DNA of 64,000 nucleotides from a virus, in IMG/VR virus record IMGVR_UViG_3300042446_001683; one strand, 5' to 3'. This document shows, piece by piece, positions 55,938 through 64,000 of the stretch (the stretch's first letter is position 1; each line of letters opens with the position of its first letter). Both the position numbers and the translations under genes were made by a program. The notes beneath the pieces were generated by a model, which worked only from the letters and a program-made list of their open reading frames with translations, had not been told where the DNA came from and did no database searches.

Positions 55938-57509
55938 ATGAGTCAAGACATAAAACAAATAATTCGTGAAGAATACCTGAAGTGCGCCTCTAATCCGGCG
56001 CACTTTATGCGTAAATACTGCTATATTCAACACCCACAACGTGGTAGAGTATTATTTAACCTATACCCATTTCAAGATAAAGTACTTAACTTATGGAAAG
56101 ATAATCCATACGATATAATACTTAAATCAAGACAATTAGGTATATCTACTCTAGTAGCAGGTTACTCTTTATGGTTAATGTTATTCCATAAGGATAAAAA
56201 TATCTTATGTATAGCAACTAAACAAGAAACAGCTAAAAACATGGTGACGAAAGTTAAATTCATGTTTGAAAACTTACCTTCTTGGTTAAAAATAACAGCT
56301 GAGGAAAATAATAAATTAACATTACGACTAAGTAATGGCTCCCAGGTTAAAGCAGTATCAGCAGCTGGTGATGCAGGTCGATCTGAAGCAGTTTCTTTGC
56401 TGATTATAGATGAGGCCGCGTTTATTGATGGTATTGGTGAGATTTGGGCATCTGCTCAACAAACCTTAGCAACAGGTGGTGGAGCAATTGTGTTATCTAC
56501 CCCATATGGTACTGGTAATTGGTTCCATCAAACATGGGTTAAAGCAGAAGCAGGTGAAAACCAATTTTTACCTATTAAATTACCATGGTATGTTCATCCT
56601 GAGCGAGATGAGAATTGGAGGAAACGACAAGATGAATTATTAGGTGATCCTAGAATGGCGGCTCAAGAATGTGACTGTGATTTTAGTACATCTGGTGATG
56701 TAGTATTTTATCCTGAGTATATAGACTTTATTGCTCAAACTTATATTAAGGATCCCTTGGAGAGGCGCGGAGTCGATCATAACTTATGGATATGGGAACC
56801 AGCAGATTATAGTCGTAGTTATATAGTTGTAGCAGACGTTGCTCGAGGAGATGGAAAAGATTTCTCAGCATTTCATATTATAGATGTTGAAACAAATACT
56901 CAAGTAGGTGAATATAAAGGACAATTATCACCTAGAGAATTTGGTTATTTGTTAGTAGCAATAGCCACAGAGTATAATGAAGCACTATTAGTTGTTGAAA
57001 ATGCTAATATAGGATGGTCAACAATTGAAGCAGTTCAAGAAAGAGGATATAGAAATTTATACCATTCTCCAAAAACTGAAGCTACAAACGCTGATTCTTA
57101 TTTAGATAAGTATGATGATCCATCAAAAATGACACCTGGATTTACAATGTCTTTAAAAACAAGACCACTTGTAATTAGTAAATTTAGAGAGTATATTGGA
57201 GATAAAAGTGTTATCATACAATCTAAACGATTATTAGAAGAAATGAAAGTGTTTATTTGGAGAAACGGCAGACCAGAAGCACAATCAGGATACAATGATG
57301 ATTTAGTTATGAGTTTTGGAACAGCAATGTACATAAGAGACACAGCTCTTAAATTTAAAACACAAGGAATGGATTTAACTCGTGCAATGCTTAGTAACAT
57401 TACTGTAGTTAAAACAAACCAACAAGGTATTTACGGAACAACATTCAACAACAATCCATACAAAATGGATTTTGGACATGGATCTGAAGACATTAGTTGG
57501 TTATTATAA
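55938..57509 (+). CDS. terL: terminase large subunit (T4 gp17-like)
   Basis: LYPFQ, KSRQLGIST, LIIDEAAF, STPYG, ADVARG, DDLVMS. Confidence 0.95.
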   Translation: MSQDIKQIIREEYLKCASNPAHFMRKYCYIQHPQRGRVLFNLYPFQDKVLNLWKDNPYDIILKSRQLGISTLVAGYSLWLMLFHKDKNILCIATKQETAKNMVTKVKFMFENLPSWLKITAEENNKLTLRLSNGSQVKAVSAAGDAGRSEAVSLLIIDEAAFIDGIGEIWASAQQTLATGGGAIVLSTPYGTGNWFHQTWVKAEAGENQFLPIKLPWYVHPERDENWRKRQDELLGDPRMAAQECDCDFSTSGDVVFYPEYIDFIAQTYIKDPLERRGVDHNLWIWEPADYSRSYIVVADVARGDGKDFSAFHIIDVETNTQVGEYKGQLSPREFGYLLVAIATEYNEALLVVENANIGWSTIEAVQERGYRNLYHSPKTEATNADSYLDKYDDPSKMTPGFTMSLKTRPLVISKFREYIGDKSVIIQSKRLLEEMKVFIWRNGRPEAQSGYNDDLVMSFGTAMYIRDTALKFKTQGMDLTRAMLSNITVVKTNQQGIYGTTFNNNPYKMDFGHGSEDISWLL

Positions 57510-57535
57510 TATTTATATACATAATTTAATATAAA

Positions 57536-59419
57536 ATGGCAGATACAAGTGTATTTACACGACTAAGACGATTATTCTCTACTGATGTTATCATCAGAAA
57601 TGCTGGGGGTAACGAACTTAAAGTAATGGATGTTAACAGTATTCAAGCTACTGGAGAATATCAAACTAACTCACTAATAGACCGTTATAGTCGTATTTAC
57701 TCTAACAATAGTACATCACTTTATGGTGCTCAATTAAATCTTAATTGGAAATATCTACGTACTCAAATCTATTCTGATTATGATGCAATGGATACTGACG
57801 CTATTATCGCGTCTGCTTTGGATATAATCGCGGACGAATGTACCCTTAAGAATGATATGGGTGAAGTACTTCAAATTAAGAGTAGCGACGAAGATATACA
57901 AAAAATACTATATAATTTATTCTATGATGTATTAAACATTGAATTTAATTTATGGTCTTGGATTAGACAAATGTGTAAGTATGGTGATTTTTTCTTAAAA
58001 TTAGAAATAGCTGAAAAATTTGGTGTATATAATGTTATACCATATACCGCTTATCATATTGCTCGTGAAGAAAATTACGACCCTAAAAATCCAGCTGAAG
58101 TAAGATTTGCATTTAGCGCTGATGGATTCTCAGGCGGAACAGGATTTTATGGAGTAACAGGACAAGGTAATTATAGTTCAAATAAACAGGACAATAAGAT
58201 ATACTTTGACAACTATGAAATGGCTCACTTCAGATTAATTACTGATGTAAACTATTTACCTTATGGTCGTTCTTATTTAGAACCAGCTCGTAAGTTATTT
58301 AAACAATACATTTTGATGGAAGATGCAATGTTAATCCATCGTATTTGTCGCGCCCCAGAAAAACGTATTTTTTATATTAATGTTGGTTCTATTCCTCCAA
58401 ATGAAGTAGAAAACTTCATGCAGAAGACTATCAACACAATGAAGAAAACTCCATTAGTTGATCCTCAAACAGGTGAATATAATTTAAAGTATAACCAACA
58501 AAATATGTTGGAAGACTTTTACATACCAGTTAGAGGTAATGATTCATCTACTAAGATTGAACCTACTAAAGGTATGGATTATAATGGTATTGAAGACGTA
58601 GCGTACCTAAGAGACAAGTTATTTGCTGCTTTAAAAGTACCTAAAGCATTTATGGGTTATGAAAAAGACCTAACCGGTAAAGCAACATTAGCAGCAGAAG
58701 ATATTCGTTTCGCTCGTACAATTGATCGCATTCAACGTATTATATTATCTGAGTTAAATAAAATAGCATTAGTTCACTTATATACTCAAGGGTATAGAAA
58801 CGAAGGTTTAACAAACTTTGAATTAGATTTAACTACTCCTTCTATCATTTATGATCAAGAAAGAATAGCATTAATGAAAGAAAAAGTAGATTTAGCTCGT
58901 AATATTATTGAAACTAAGATATTACCTACTGATTGGATTTATGATAATGTATTCCACTTAAGTCAAGATCAATTTGATGAATATCGTGATTTAATTGCTG
59001 AGGATCAAAAACGTATCTTTAGAATGAAACAAATTGAAAACGAAGGCAATGACCCATTAGAATCAGGTAAATCATATGGTACACCTCATGATTTAGCCGC
59101 GTTATATGGTTCAGGTCGTTACAATAGTGGGGTACCTGATGGATATGGTGATGATCTTACTTTAGGTCGCCCTAAAGAAAAAGCATCTACTATTGGTACT
59201 CAAGACAATTACTTAGGAGTTGATAGATTAGGTAGTAAAGGTATGAAGAAAGGTGATGATACTGGTGAAGATAAATCATTAAGAAATAATTTTAAAGGTG
59301 GATCACCATTAGCATTAGAAAATCTCCAAAAGAAAACACTACTTGAATCAATGGATAAAAAACTTGTATTTAAAAAAGACGATTCTTCGTTATTAGATGA
59401 ATCTCAAATACGAGAATAA
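57536..59419 (+). CDS. gp20: portal protein (T4 gp20-like)
   Basis: MEDAMLIHRICRAPEKRIFYINVG, EDFYIPVRG, ALKVPK. Confidence 0.95.
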   Translation: MADTSVFTRLRRLFSTDVIIRNAGGNELKVMDVNSIQATGEYQTNSLIDRYSRIYSNNSTSLYGAQLNLNWKYLRTQIYSDYDAMDTDAIIASALDIIADECTLKNDMGEVLQIKSSDEDIQKILYNLFYDVLNIEFNLWSWIRQMCKYGDFFLKLEIAEKFGVYNVIPYTAYHIAREENYDPKNPAEVRFAFSADGFSGGTGFYGVTGQGNYSSNKQDNKIYFDNYEMAHFRLITDVNYLPYGRSYLEPARKLFKQYILMEDAMLIHRICRAPEKRIFYINVGSIPPNEVENFMQKTINTMKKTPLVDPQTGEYNLKYNQQNMLEDFYIPVRGNDSSTKIEPTKGMDYNGIEDVAYLRDKLFAALKVPKAFMGYEKDLTGKATLAAEDIRFARTIDRIQRIILSELNKIALVHLYTQGYRNEGLTNFELDLTTPSIIYDQERIALMKEKVDLARNIIETKILPTDWIYDNVFHLSQDQFDEYRDLIAEDQKRIFRMKQIENEGNDPLESGKSYGTPHDLAALYGSGRYNSGVPDGYGDDLTLGRPKEKASTIGTQDNYLGVDRLGSKGMKKGDDTGEDKSLRNNFKGGSPLALENLQKKTLLESMDKKLVFKKDDSSLLDESQIRE

Positions 59420-59456
59420 CAACTTCATATATATTTATAGATAAATTATTGCTAAA

Positions 59457-60311
59457 GTGAATATAAAACACTCGAAGTACAAAAATACTGGAATCCTTTT
59501 TGAATTGTTAGTAAGACAAATCACAGCTGATACCTTATCTGGCAAGGAATCACCAGCAACAACAATTCTTAAGAAATACTTTACTAAAACTGAATTAGGT
59601 AAAGAATACAAGTTATACGAAAATTTCTTTAAGTATACTAACATTAGTGAAGCTAAAGCCAATATGGTTTTAAATACGCTTATTGAAAGTTCAAAACACT
59701 TAAATCGCTCAACTCTTAAGAGACAAAAGTATAATCTTATTAAGGAGATTAAAAATCATTATAATTTAGAGGATTTCTTTAAAATGAAATTACCTAATTA
59801 TAAAGCTCAAGCTTCATTATTTACTTTATTAGAAGTATATAATAGTGAAAACTTATCTAATCCAACTCAAATTATTGAGAATAAGACAGCACTTTTAGAA
59901 TACTTAACACAATCTACTATAGATAAAAAAGAAGTTAAAAACAGTATCTTAGAAGAATTTAAACATCAAGATAAAGATATTCGTATATTAACATATCGAG
60001 TATTACTTGAAAAGTTTAATGATAAGTATGCTGATTTAAATGAAAATCAAAAGAATACTTTAAAAGAATTTATTAACAGTATTGATAGTACTTCAAAATT
60101 AAAAGAATTCTACAATACTAAAATAAATGAAATTAAAAGTACATTAGGTACTTTAAATAAAAAAATTACTGATAAAGCTATTCAAATTAAAATAAATGAA
60201 GTTATAAACATTCTACCTAGTTTAACTAAGAATGAAAAAGTTAATGATGATCATTTAATTAATCTCTTACAATACTATGCGTTAGTAGAAGAGTTAGAAT
60301 CAGCAAAATGA
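59457..60311 (+). CDS. conserved head-assembly-region protein (GTG start)
   Basis: KHSKYKNTGILFELL; late promoter at 59432. Confidence 0.7.
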   Translation: MNIKHSKYKNTGILFELLVRQITADTLSGKESPATTILKKYFTKTELGKEYKLYENFFKYTNISEAKANMVLNTLIESSKHLNRSTLKRQKYNLIKEIKNHYNLEDFFKMKLPNYKAQASLFTLLEVYNSENLSNPTQIIENKTALLEYLTQSTIDKKEVKNSILEEFKHQDKDIRILTYRVLLEKFNDKYADLNENQKNTLKEFINSIDSTSKLKEFYNTKINEIKSTLGTLNKKITDKAIQIKINEVINILPSLTKNEKVNDDHLINLLQYYALVEELESAK

Positions 60312-60778
60312 GTAAACGAGATAAAATAAAAGATTTAGTCGTTAAACGCTTAAAAGAAGAAAGCGCTACAGGTACTGGAGCGTCTTTCACAGCTGGTGAA
60401 GGAATAAATTACGCCACACCAGTAGCAGGTAAAGCTAAAAATTACTATTATAAATTAGGCTTTAAACCTGTTAAAACTACAAAACCTAAAAGTTTTGATA
60501 TAAAAAAATTATGGGAAGAAGAAACTCCTGAATTTGATGTTGAATCATTTATAGTTTCATTACCAACAGAAGACGAAAAACTAAAAGAATATATAGCAGG
60601 ACGTTTAGGTGACTTTAACCTACTATCAGGAAAATTAAAAGAACTTATAACATTAATTAGAGACGCTAAAAAAGAAACAATAGCATCATATAAACAAAAT
60701 CCTCAATATAGAGCAGTATATGGTACTGATTTAGCAGTTTCGTTAGTAGACAATTTGATAAAATTATTTAAAAAATAA
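60308..60778 (+). CDS. putative prohead core/internal protein
   Basis: RLKEE leader; located between portal and protease. Confidence 0.6.
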   Translation: MSKRDKIKDLVVKRLKEESATGTGASFTAGEGINYATPVAGKAKNYYYKLGFKPVKTTKPKSFDIKKLWEEETPEFDVESFIVSLPTEDEKLKEYIAGRLGDFNLLSGKLKELITLIRDAKKETIASYKQNPQYRAVYGTDLAVSLVDNLIKLFKK

Positions 60779-60780
60779 AC

Positions 60781-61716
60781 ATGGAACAAACACTTCAATC
60801 ACAATATAACCTTATTAAAGAAGGTAAAGGTAACAAAGCAGTATTTTTAAAATCTGCTTATCGTTTATTCCCAGACATGTTATCACCTGTTAACACATTC
60901 GAGGATACTGTTAAAATTCTTAAAAACAGAAGCATTATCAGTGAAAATGTAGGTGGATTAGTTACAACTGGTAAAAAACAAGATTGGCATGCTATTTTTA
61001 ATGAGAACATGACTGCTCTTAAAGAAGAAAAAGAAGCTAAAGCTGAAGAAAAAGAAACTACTAAAGAAGTTACAGACATGGCTACTCGTGGATATGATTA
61101 TAAAGACGAGAAAAACTATGATAACATATTTGGTCAAGAATTCTTAAAAGGATACTACACTGAAATGAAAGATCCTAAAAACTCTGATAAAAATGTTGAA
61201 GAATTAAAAGCAATTGTAGCTAAAAACTTAGCTAAAGATATTAATTTTTATGTTAAAGATGGTCAATTTGGAATTAAAGGAGTAGGATATACAACTGAAG
61301 CACCTGGGTTAGGTACACCTAAGGAACCTAAAGGTAAATTTAAATCATCAGGATATGGTGACTTAAAAGAATCAGTATTACGTTCTCAAATTCAACTTCT
61401 AATTAAAGAAGTATTAAATGAACTCCCTCCTTTAGAAGCAGGTGAGATGGGAGTATATGAAGGTGAACCAGTATTTATTATAGCTGTGTCTATGCATGCT
61501 AAAACAAATAAAGACGAACCTCAACCATTTTCATACACTATTGAAAAAAATGGTAAAATATACAGAGAAGTTCCTATTAGTGCTGTCACACCAGCATCAT
61601 TAGCTGAAGCTGAAGATAAAAAAGAAGATAAAGAAGAAGCTAAAAAGAAAAAAGAAGACCTTAAAAAGTTAGATGCAGAGTGGAAGAAAAAATTAAAAAC
61701 TGGTGATATAGACTAA
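60781..61716 (+). CDS. putative prohead core/internal protein
   Basis: multiple IKE, ISE, LKE, LNE and LAE sites. Confidence 0.6.
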   Translation: MEQTLQSQYNLIKEGKGNKAVFLKSAYRLFPDMLSPVNTFEDTVKILKNRSIISENVGGLVTTGKKQDWHAIFNENMTALKEEKEAKAEEKETTKEVTDMATRGYDYKDEKNYDNIFGQEFLKGYYTEMKDPKNSDKNVEELKAIVAKNLAKDINFYVKDGQFGIKGVGYTTEAPGLGTPKEPKGKFKSSGYGDLKESVLRSQIQLLIKEVLNELPPLEAGEMGVYEGEPVFIIAVSMHAKTNKDEPQPFSYTIEKNGKIYREVPISAVTPASLAEAEDKKEDKEEAKKKKEDLKKLDAEWKKKLKTGDID

Positions 61717-61717
61717 T

Positions 61718-62326
61718 ATGAAACAAGTATTAATAGAAACCCAATTTTTTACTGCTAAACCTTTAAAATTAGTTGAAGGTACTGTACCAACAAGTAATCC
61801 ACTTGTTGAAGGTATCTTAGCTACTTGTGAGGTTAAAAATGGTAACGGTCGTTACTATTCAAGAGAATTGTGGGAACGTGAGATGGATAAATATATGGAA
61901 AATGTTAATGCTAATAGAGCATTAGGTGAATTAGACCACCCAGACTCATCTATTATTAACTTAAAAAATGTATCTCATAATATCAAGAAAATTTGGTGGG
62001 ACGGAGATAATGTAATGGGTGCTATTGAACTATTACCTACACCATCAGGTAATATCTTAAGAGCATTATTTGAAAACAAAATACCAGTAGGTGTATCATC
62101 ACGTGGTATGGGTTCATTAAAACAAATGGGTGATTTAATGGAAGTACAAGATGATTTTGAACTATTATGTTGGGATTTTGTATCTACACCTTCTAACCCA
62201 GGATCATACATGAAAGAAAAAGGTATGATGAATGAATCTAAAAATATCCAACATAACAAATATATTAAAGCAAATTCTATTATCACTGAAATACTTTGTG
62301 CTAATGGAACATGCCCAATATTTTAA
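61718..62326 (+). CDS. gp21: prohead protease (T4 gp21-like)
   Basis: KNGNGRYY, ALGELDHP, VSH, GVSSRGMGS, DFVSTPS. Confidence 0.95.
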   Translation: MKQVLIETQFFTAKPLKLVEGTVPTSNPLVEGILATCEVKNGNGRYYSRELWEREMDKYMENVNANRALGELDHPDSSIINLKNVSHNIKKIWWDGDNVMGAIELLPTPSGNILRALFENKIPVGVSSRGMGSLKQMGDLMEVQDDFELLCWDFVSTPSNPGSYMKEKGMMNESKNIQHNKYIKANSIITEILCANGTCPIF

Positions 62327-62354
62327 CCCCTCCTAGAATAGTATTTTAGGACTG

Positions 62355-62385
62355 ATGTCTCTCGAAAGAGAGACATTTCTTTTTT
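62355..62385 (+). terminator. intrinsic terminator
   Basis: ATGTCTCTC-GAAA-GAGAGACAT-TTCTTTTTT. Confidence 0.85.
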
Positions 62386-62526
62386 ATAAAAGGTGACTTT
62401 ACATAAATCCATATATATGTATGCTCAAATATGCTACCACAATCTACTATGTAGCATCTATTATTAAACAATCTATTACGTTTCTTAATAAACGTATTTC
62501 CAAAACAATTTAATTGAGGACAAAAA

Positions 62527-63588
62527 ATGAACAGAGAAATGCTCAAAGAAGCAATCGCTGAGGCTAAGACCATTAAGGAAACTGCTATCGCGAATGCAAA
62601 AGCTGCTCTTGAAGAAGCATTCACTCCACAACTTACAGCTATGTTTGCTGAAAGATTAAACGAGGAAGATGCTGAAAAAGAGTTAGAAGAAAACTACAGT
62701 GTGGAAGAAGAAGGATTAGAGGAAACTTTTAATCTAGATGAAATCCTAGCTGAGTTAGAAATGACTGACGAAGCTGATGAAACAGTTTCTGAAGATGACA
62801 TGGGAATAGATGAAGATCTAATGCTCGAAGAAATGTCAGATGAAGAAATTGAAGAGTTAGTAATGAAAGTTATTGATGACATGATCCAAACTGGTAAGCT
62901 TATGCCTGGAGAAGGTGAAGAAGAAGAAGGTGAAGAAGACTTAGAGGACGTTGAAGATTTAGACGGTGAAGAAGTTGAAATCGAAGACGAAGAAATTGAA
63001 CTTGATGAACTTTTAAACGAACTTCTTGATGAAGAAAAAGTATCTGAGACATCATTTGCAGATCCTCAAACTTTACAATTAGTAGCCCAAGCCGCAGATT
63101 TTTTAAACATCAGTAAGGACGCTGTAATGGCAATAGTAGCAGGTTTGCCTGCGACAGTAGCAGCAGCTGGATTCTTAAGAGGTTTATTAAGAGGCAAAAA
63201 GGAAGCTACTAAAGAAGAAGTTGAAAAAACAGCTGACACTAAAGAAATGGAAGAAACTATCGCTGAGTTAAGAAATGAACTAAACGAAGTTAATCTATTA
63301 AATGCTAAGTTACTTTACACTAACAAAATCTTTAAAGCTAAGAATCTTACCGAATCAGAAAAAATAAAGGTTTTAAACACGTTTGACAAAGCAGAAACTG
63401 TAAAAGAAGTTAAATTAGTATTCGAAACATTGACTGAATCTTTCAAAGCAGTAGCTAAGAAAGCACCAATTAAAGAATCACTAGGATCAGCTTCTAGAAG
63501 TATCGCTCCAGCTCAAACAAAACAACCAATTATTGAAGTAAACGATGCATTTGCTCGTATGCAAAGATTAGCTGGTATTAAAAAATAA
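62527..63588 (+). CDS. gp22: prohead scaffolding/core protein (T4 gp22 analogue)
   Basis: very acidic coiled coil between protease and MCP; C-terminal RMQRLAGIKK. Confidence 0.8.
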   Translation: MNREMLKEAIAEAKTIKETAIANAKAALEEAFTPQLTAMFAERLNEEDAEKELEENYSVEEEGLEETFNLDEILAELEMTDEADETVSEDDMGIDEDLMLEEMSDEEIEELVMKVIDDMIQTGKLMPGEGEEEEGEEDLEDVEDLDGEEVEIEDEEIELDELLNELLDEEKVSETSFADPQTLQLVAQAADFLNISKDAVMAIVAGLPATVAAAGFLRGLLRGKKEATKEEVEKTADTKEMEETIAELRNELNEVNLLNAKLLYTNKIFKAKNLTESEKIKVLNTFDKAETVKEVKLVFETLTESFKAVAKKAPIKESLGSASRSIAPAQTKQPIIEVNDAFARMQRLAGIKK

Positions 63589-63619
63589 AATTAATAAAAA
63601 CAAAAACCCGATTTAAAAA

Positions 63620-64000
63620 ATGGAAACAATTCAATCATTAGTCGAGTCCGCAAATCCATGGAAGTCACTTCAAGGTGACGCTGCTAGATTAGCAAACAAA
63701 TGGAGCAAAACCGGCCTTTTGGAAGGTTTAGGCGAAGACGTAAACAAAAACAACATGGCTTTGATGTTGGAAAACCAAGCAAAGCAATTAGTAATTGAAA
63801 CCTCACAAGTTAACGGAGGATCAGCTACATTCACTTCTGGTACATCTGGTGAGAACTGGGCTGGAATCGCATTACCATTAGTACGTAAGGTATTTGGTCA
63901 AATCGCAGCGAAAGAATTCGTTAGCGTTCAACCAATGAACTTACCTTCTGGTCTTGTATTCTTCTTAGATTTCCAATATGGTACTACTAAGAACCCATTC
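63620..64000 (+). CDS. gp23: major capsid protein (T4 gp23-like), runs off the window end
   Basis: KWSKTGLLEG..LENQ..LPLVRKVF..VSVQPMNLPSGLVFFLDF. Confidence 0.95.
   Translation, partial: METIQSLVESANPWKSLQGDAARLANKWSKTGLLEGLGEDVNKNNMALMLENQAKQLVIETSQVNGGSATFTSGTSGENWAGIALPLVRKVFGQIAAKEFVSVQPMNLPSGLVFFLDFQYGTTKNPF

Noticed and set aside
55938-59419. Intein or intron in terminase or portal
   Set aside because: The ORFs are continuous and of ordinary length, without splicing motifs.
62350-62380. Hammerhead-like CTGATG...GAAA
   Set aside because: GAAA is the tetraloop of a simple terminator hairpin; the core geometry is absent.
1745-62882. All minus-strand ORFs in the track
   Set aside because: They are short shadows of + strand genes, with no motifs, no promoters and antisense-typical composition.
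1-64000. Stop-codon reassignment
   Set aside because: Genes are full length and tightly packed under code 11; TAG (4681, 36552) and TGA both act as stops.

Overview
The window is a 64-kb segment of a large, AT-rich, T4-related (myovirus-type) phage genome with all credible genes on the + strand. The host is very probably a Bacteroidota, because about 20 promoters match the Bacteroidota housekeeping consensus (TTTG-N20-TAnnTTT). The layout is as follows. (1) 1-12.5 kb is an early region of small genes, each with its own host-type promoter. It also holds two real tRNAs (Thr-TGT and a CAT tRNA, probably Ile2), two tRNA-shaped RNAs with a replaced anticodon domain, and a candidate structured ncRNA. 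(2) 12.5-30.4 kb holds a gp55-like sigma factor and a baseplate/tail module (spike-like, gp25, gp6, large wedge). (3) 30.4-32.5 kb holds a GIY-YIG nuclease, primase and exonuclease. (4) 32.6-48.2 kb is a block of putative late, head-packaged cargo genes. (5) 48.4-55.4 kb holds an FAD oxidoreductase, a MoxR/vWA module, a glycosyltransferase and a kinase. (6) 55.9-64 kb holds terminase, portal, prohead protease, scaffold and the start of the major capsid protein. The strongest candidate for an undescribed system is a capsid 'zip-code' cargo-loading scheme. Many unrelated proteins sit behind a putative late promoter, TATTTATA (the exact reverse complement of the T4 late promoter), and carry a short [LI]xx[LI][LI]xE leader or a copy of the scaffold C-terminal MQ(K/R)LAG motif. 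Two of them carry an identical MIKLTDLLKE. Several look like polyproteins cut at [LI]-x-E sites by the prohead protease. All product calls come from motif recognition by eye; no database search was run.
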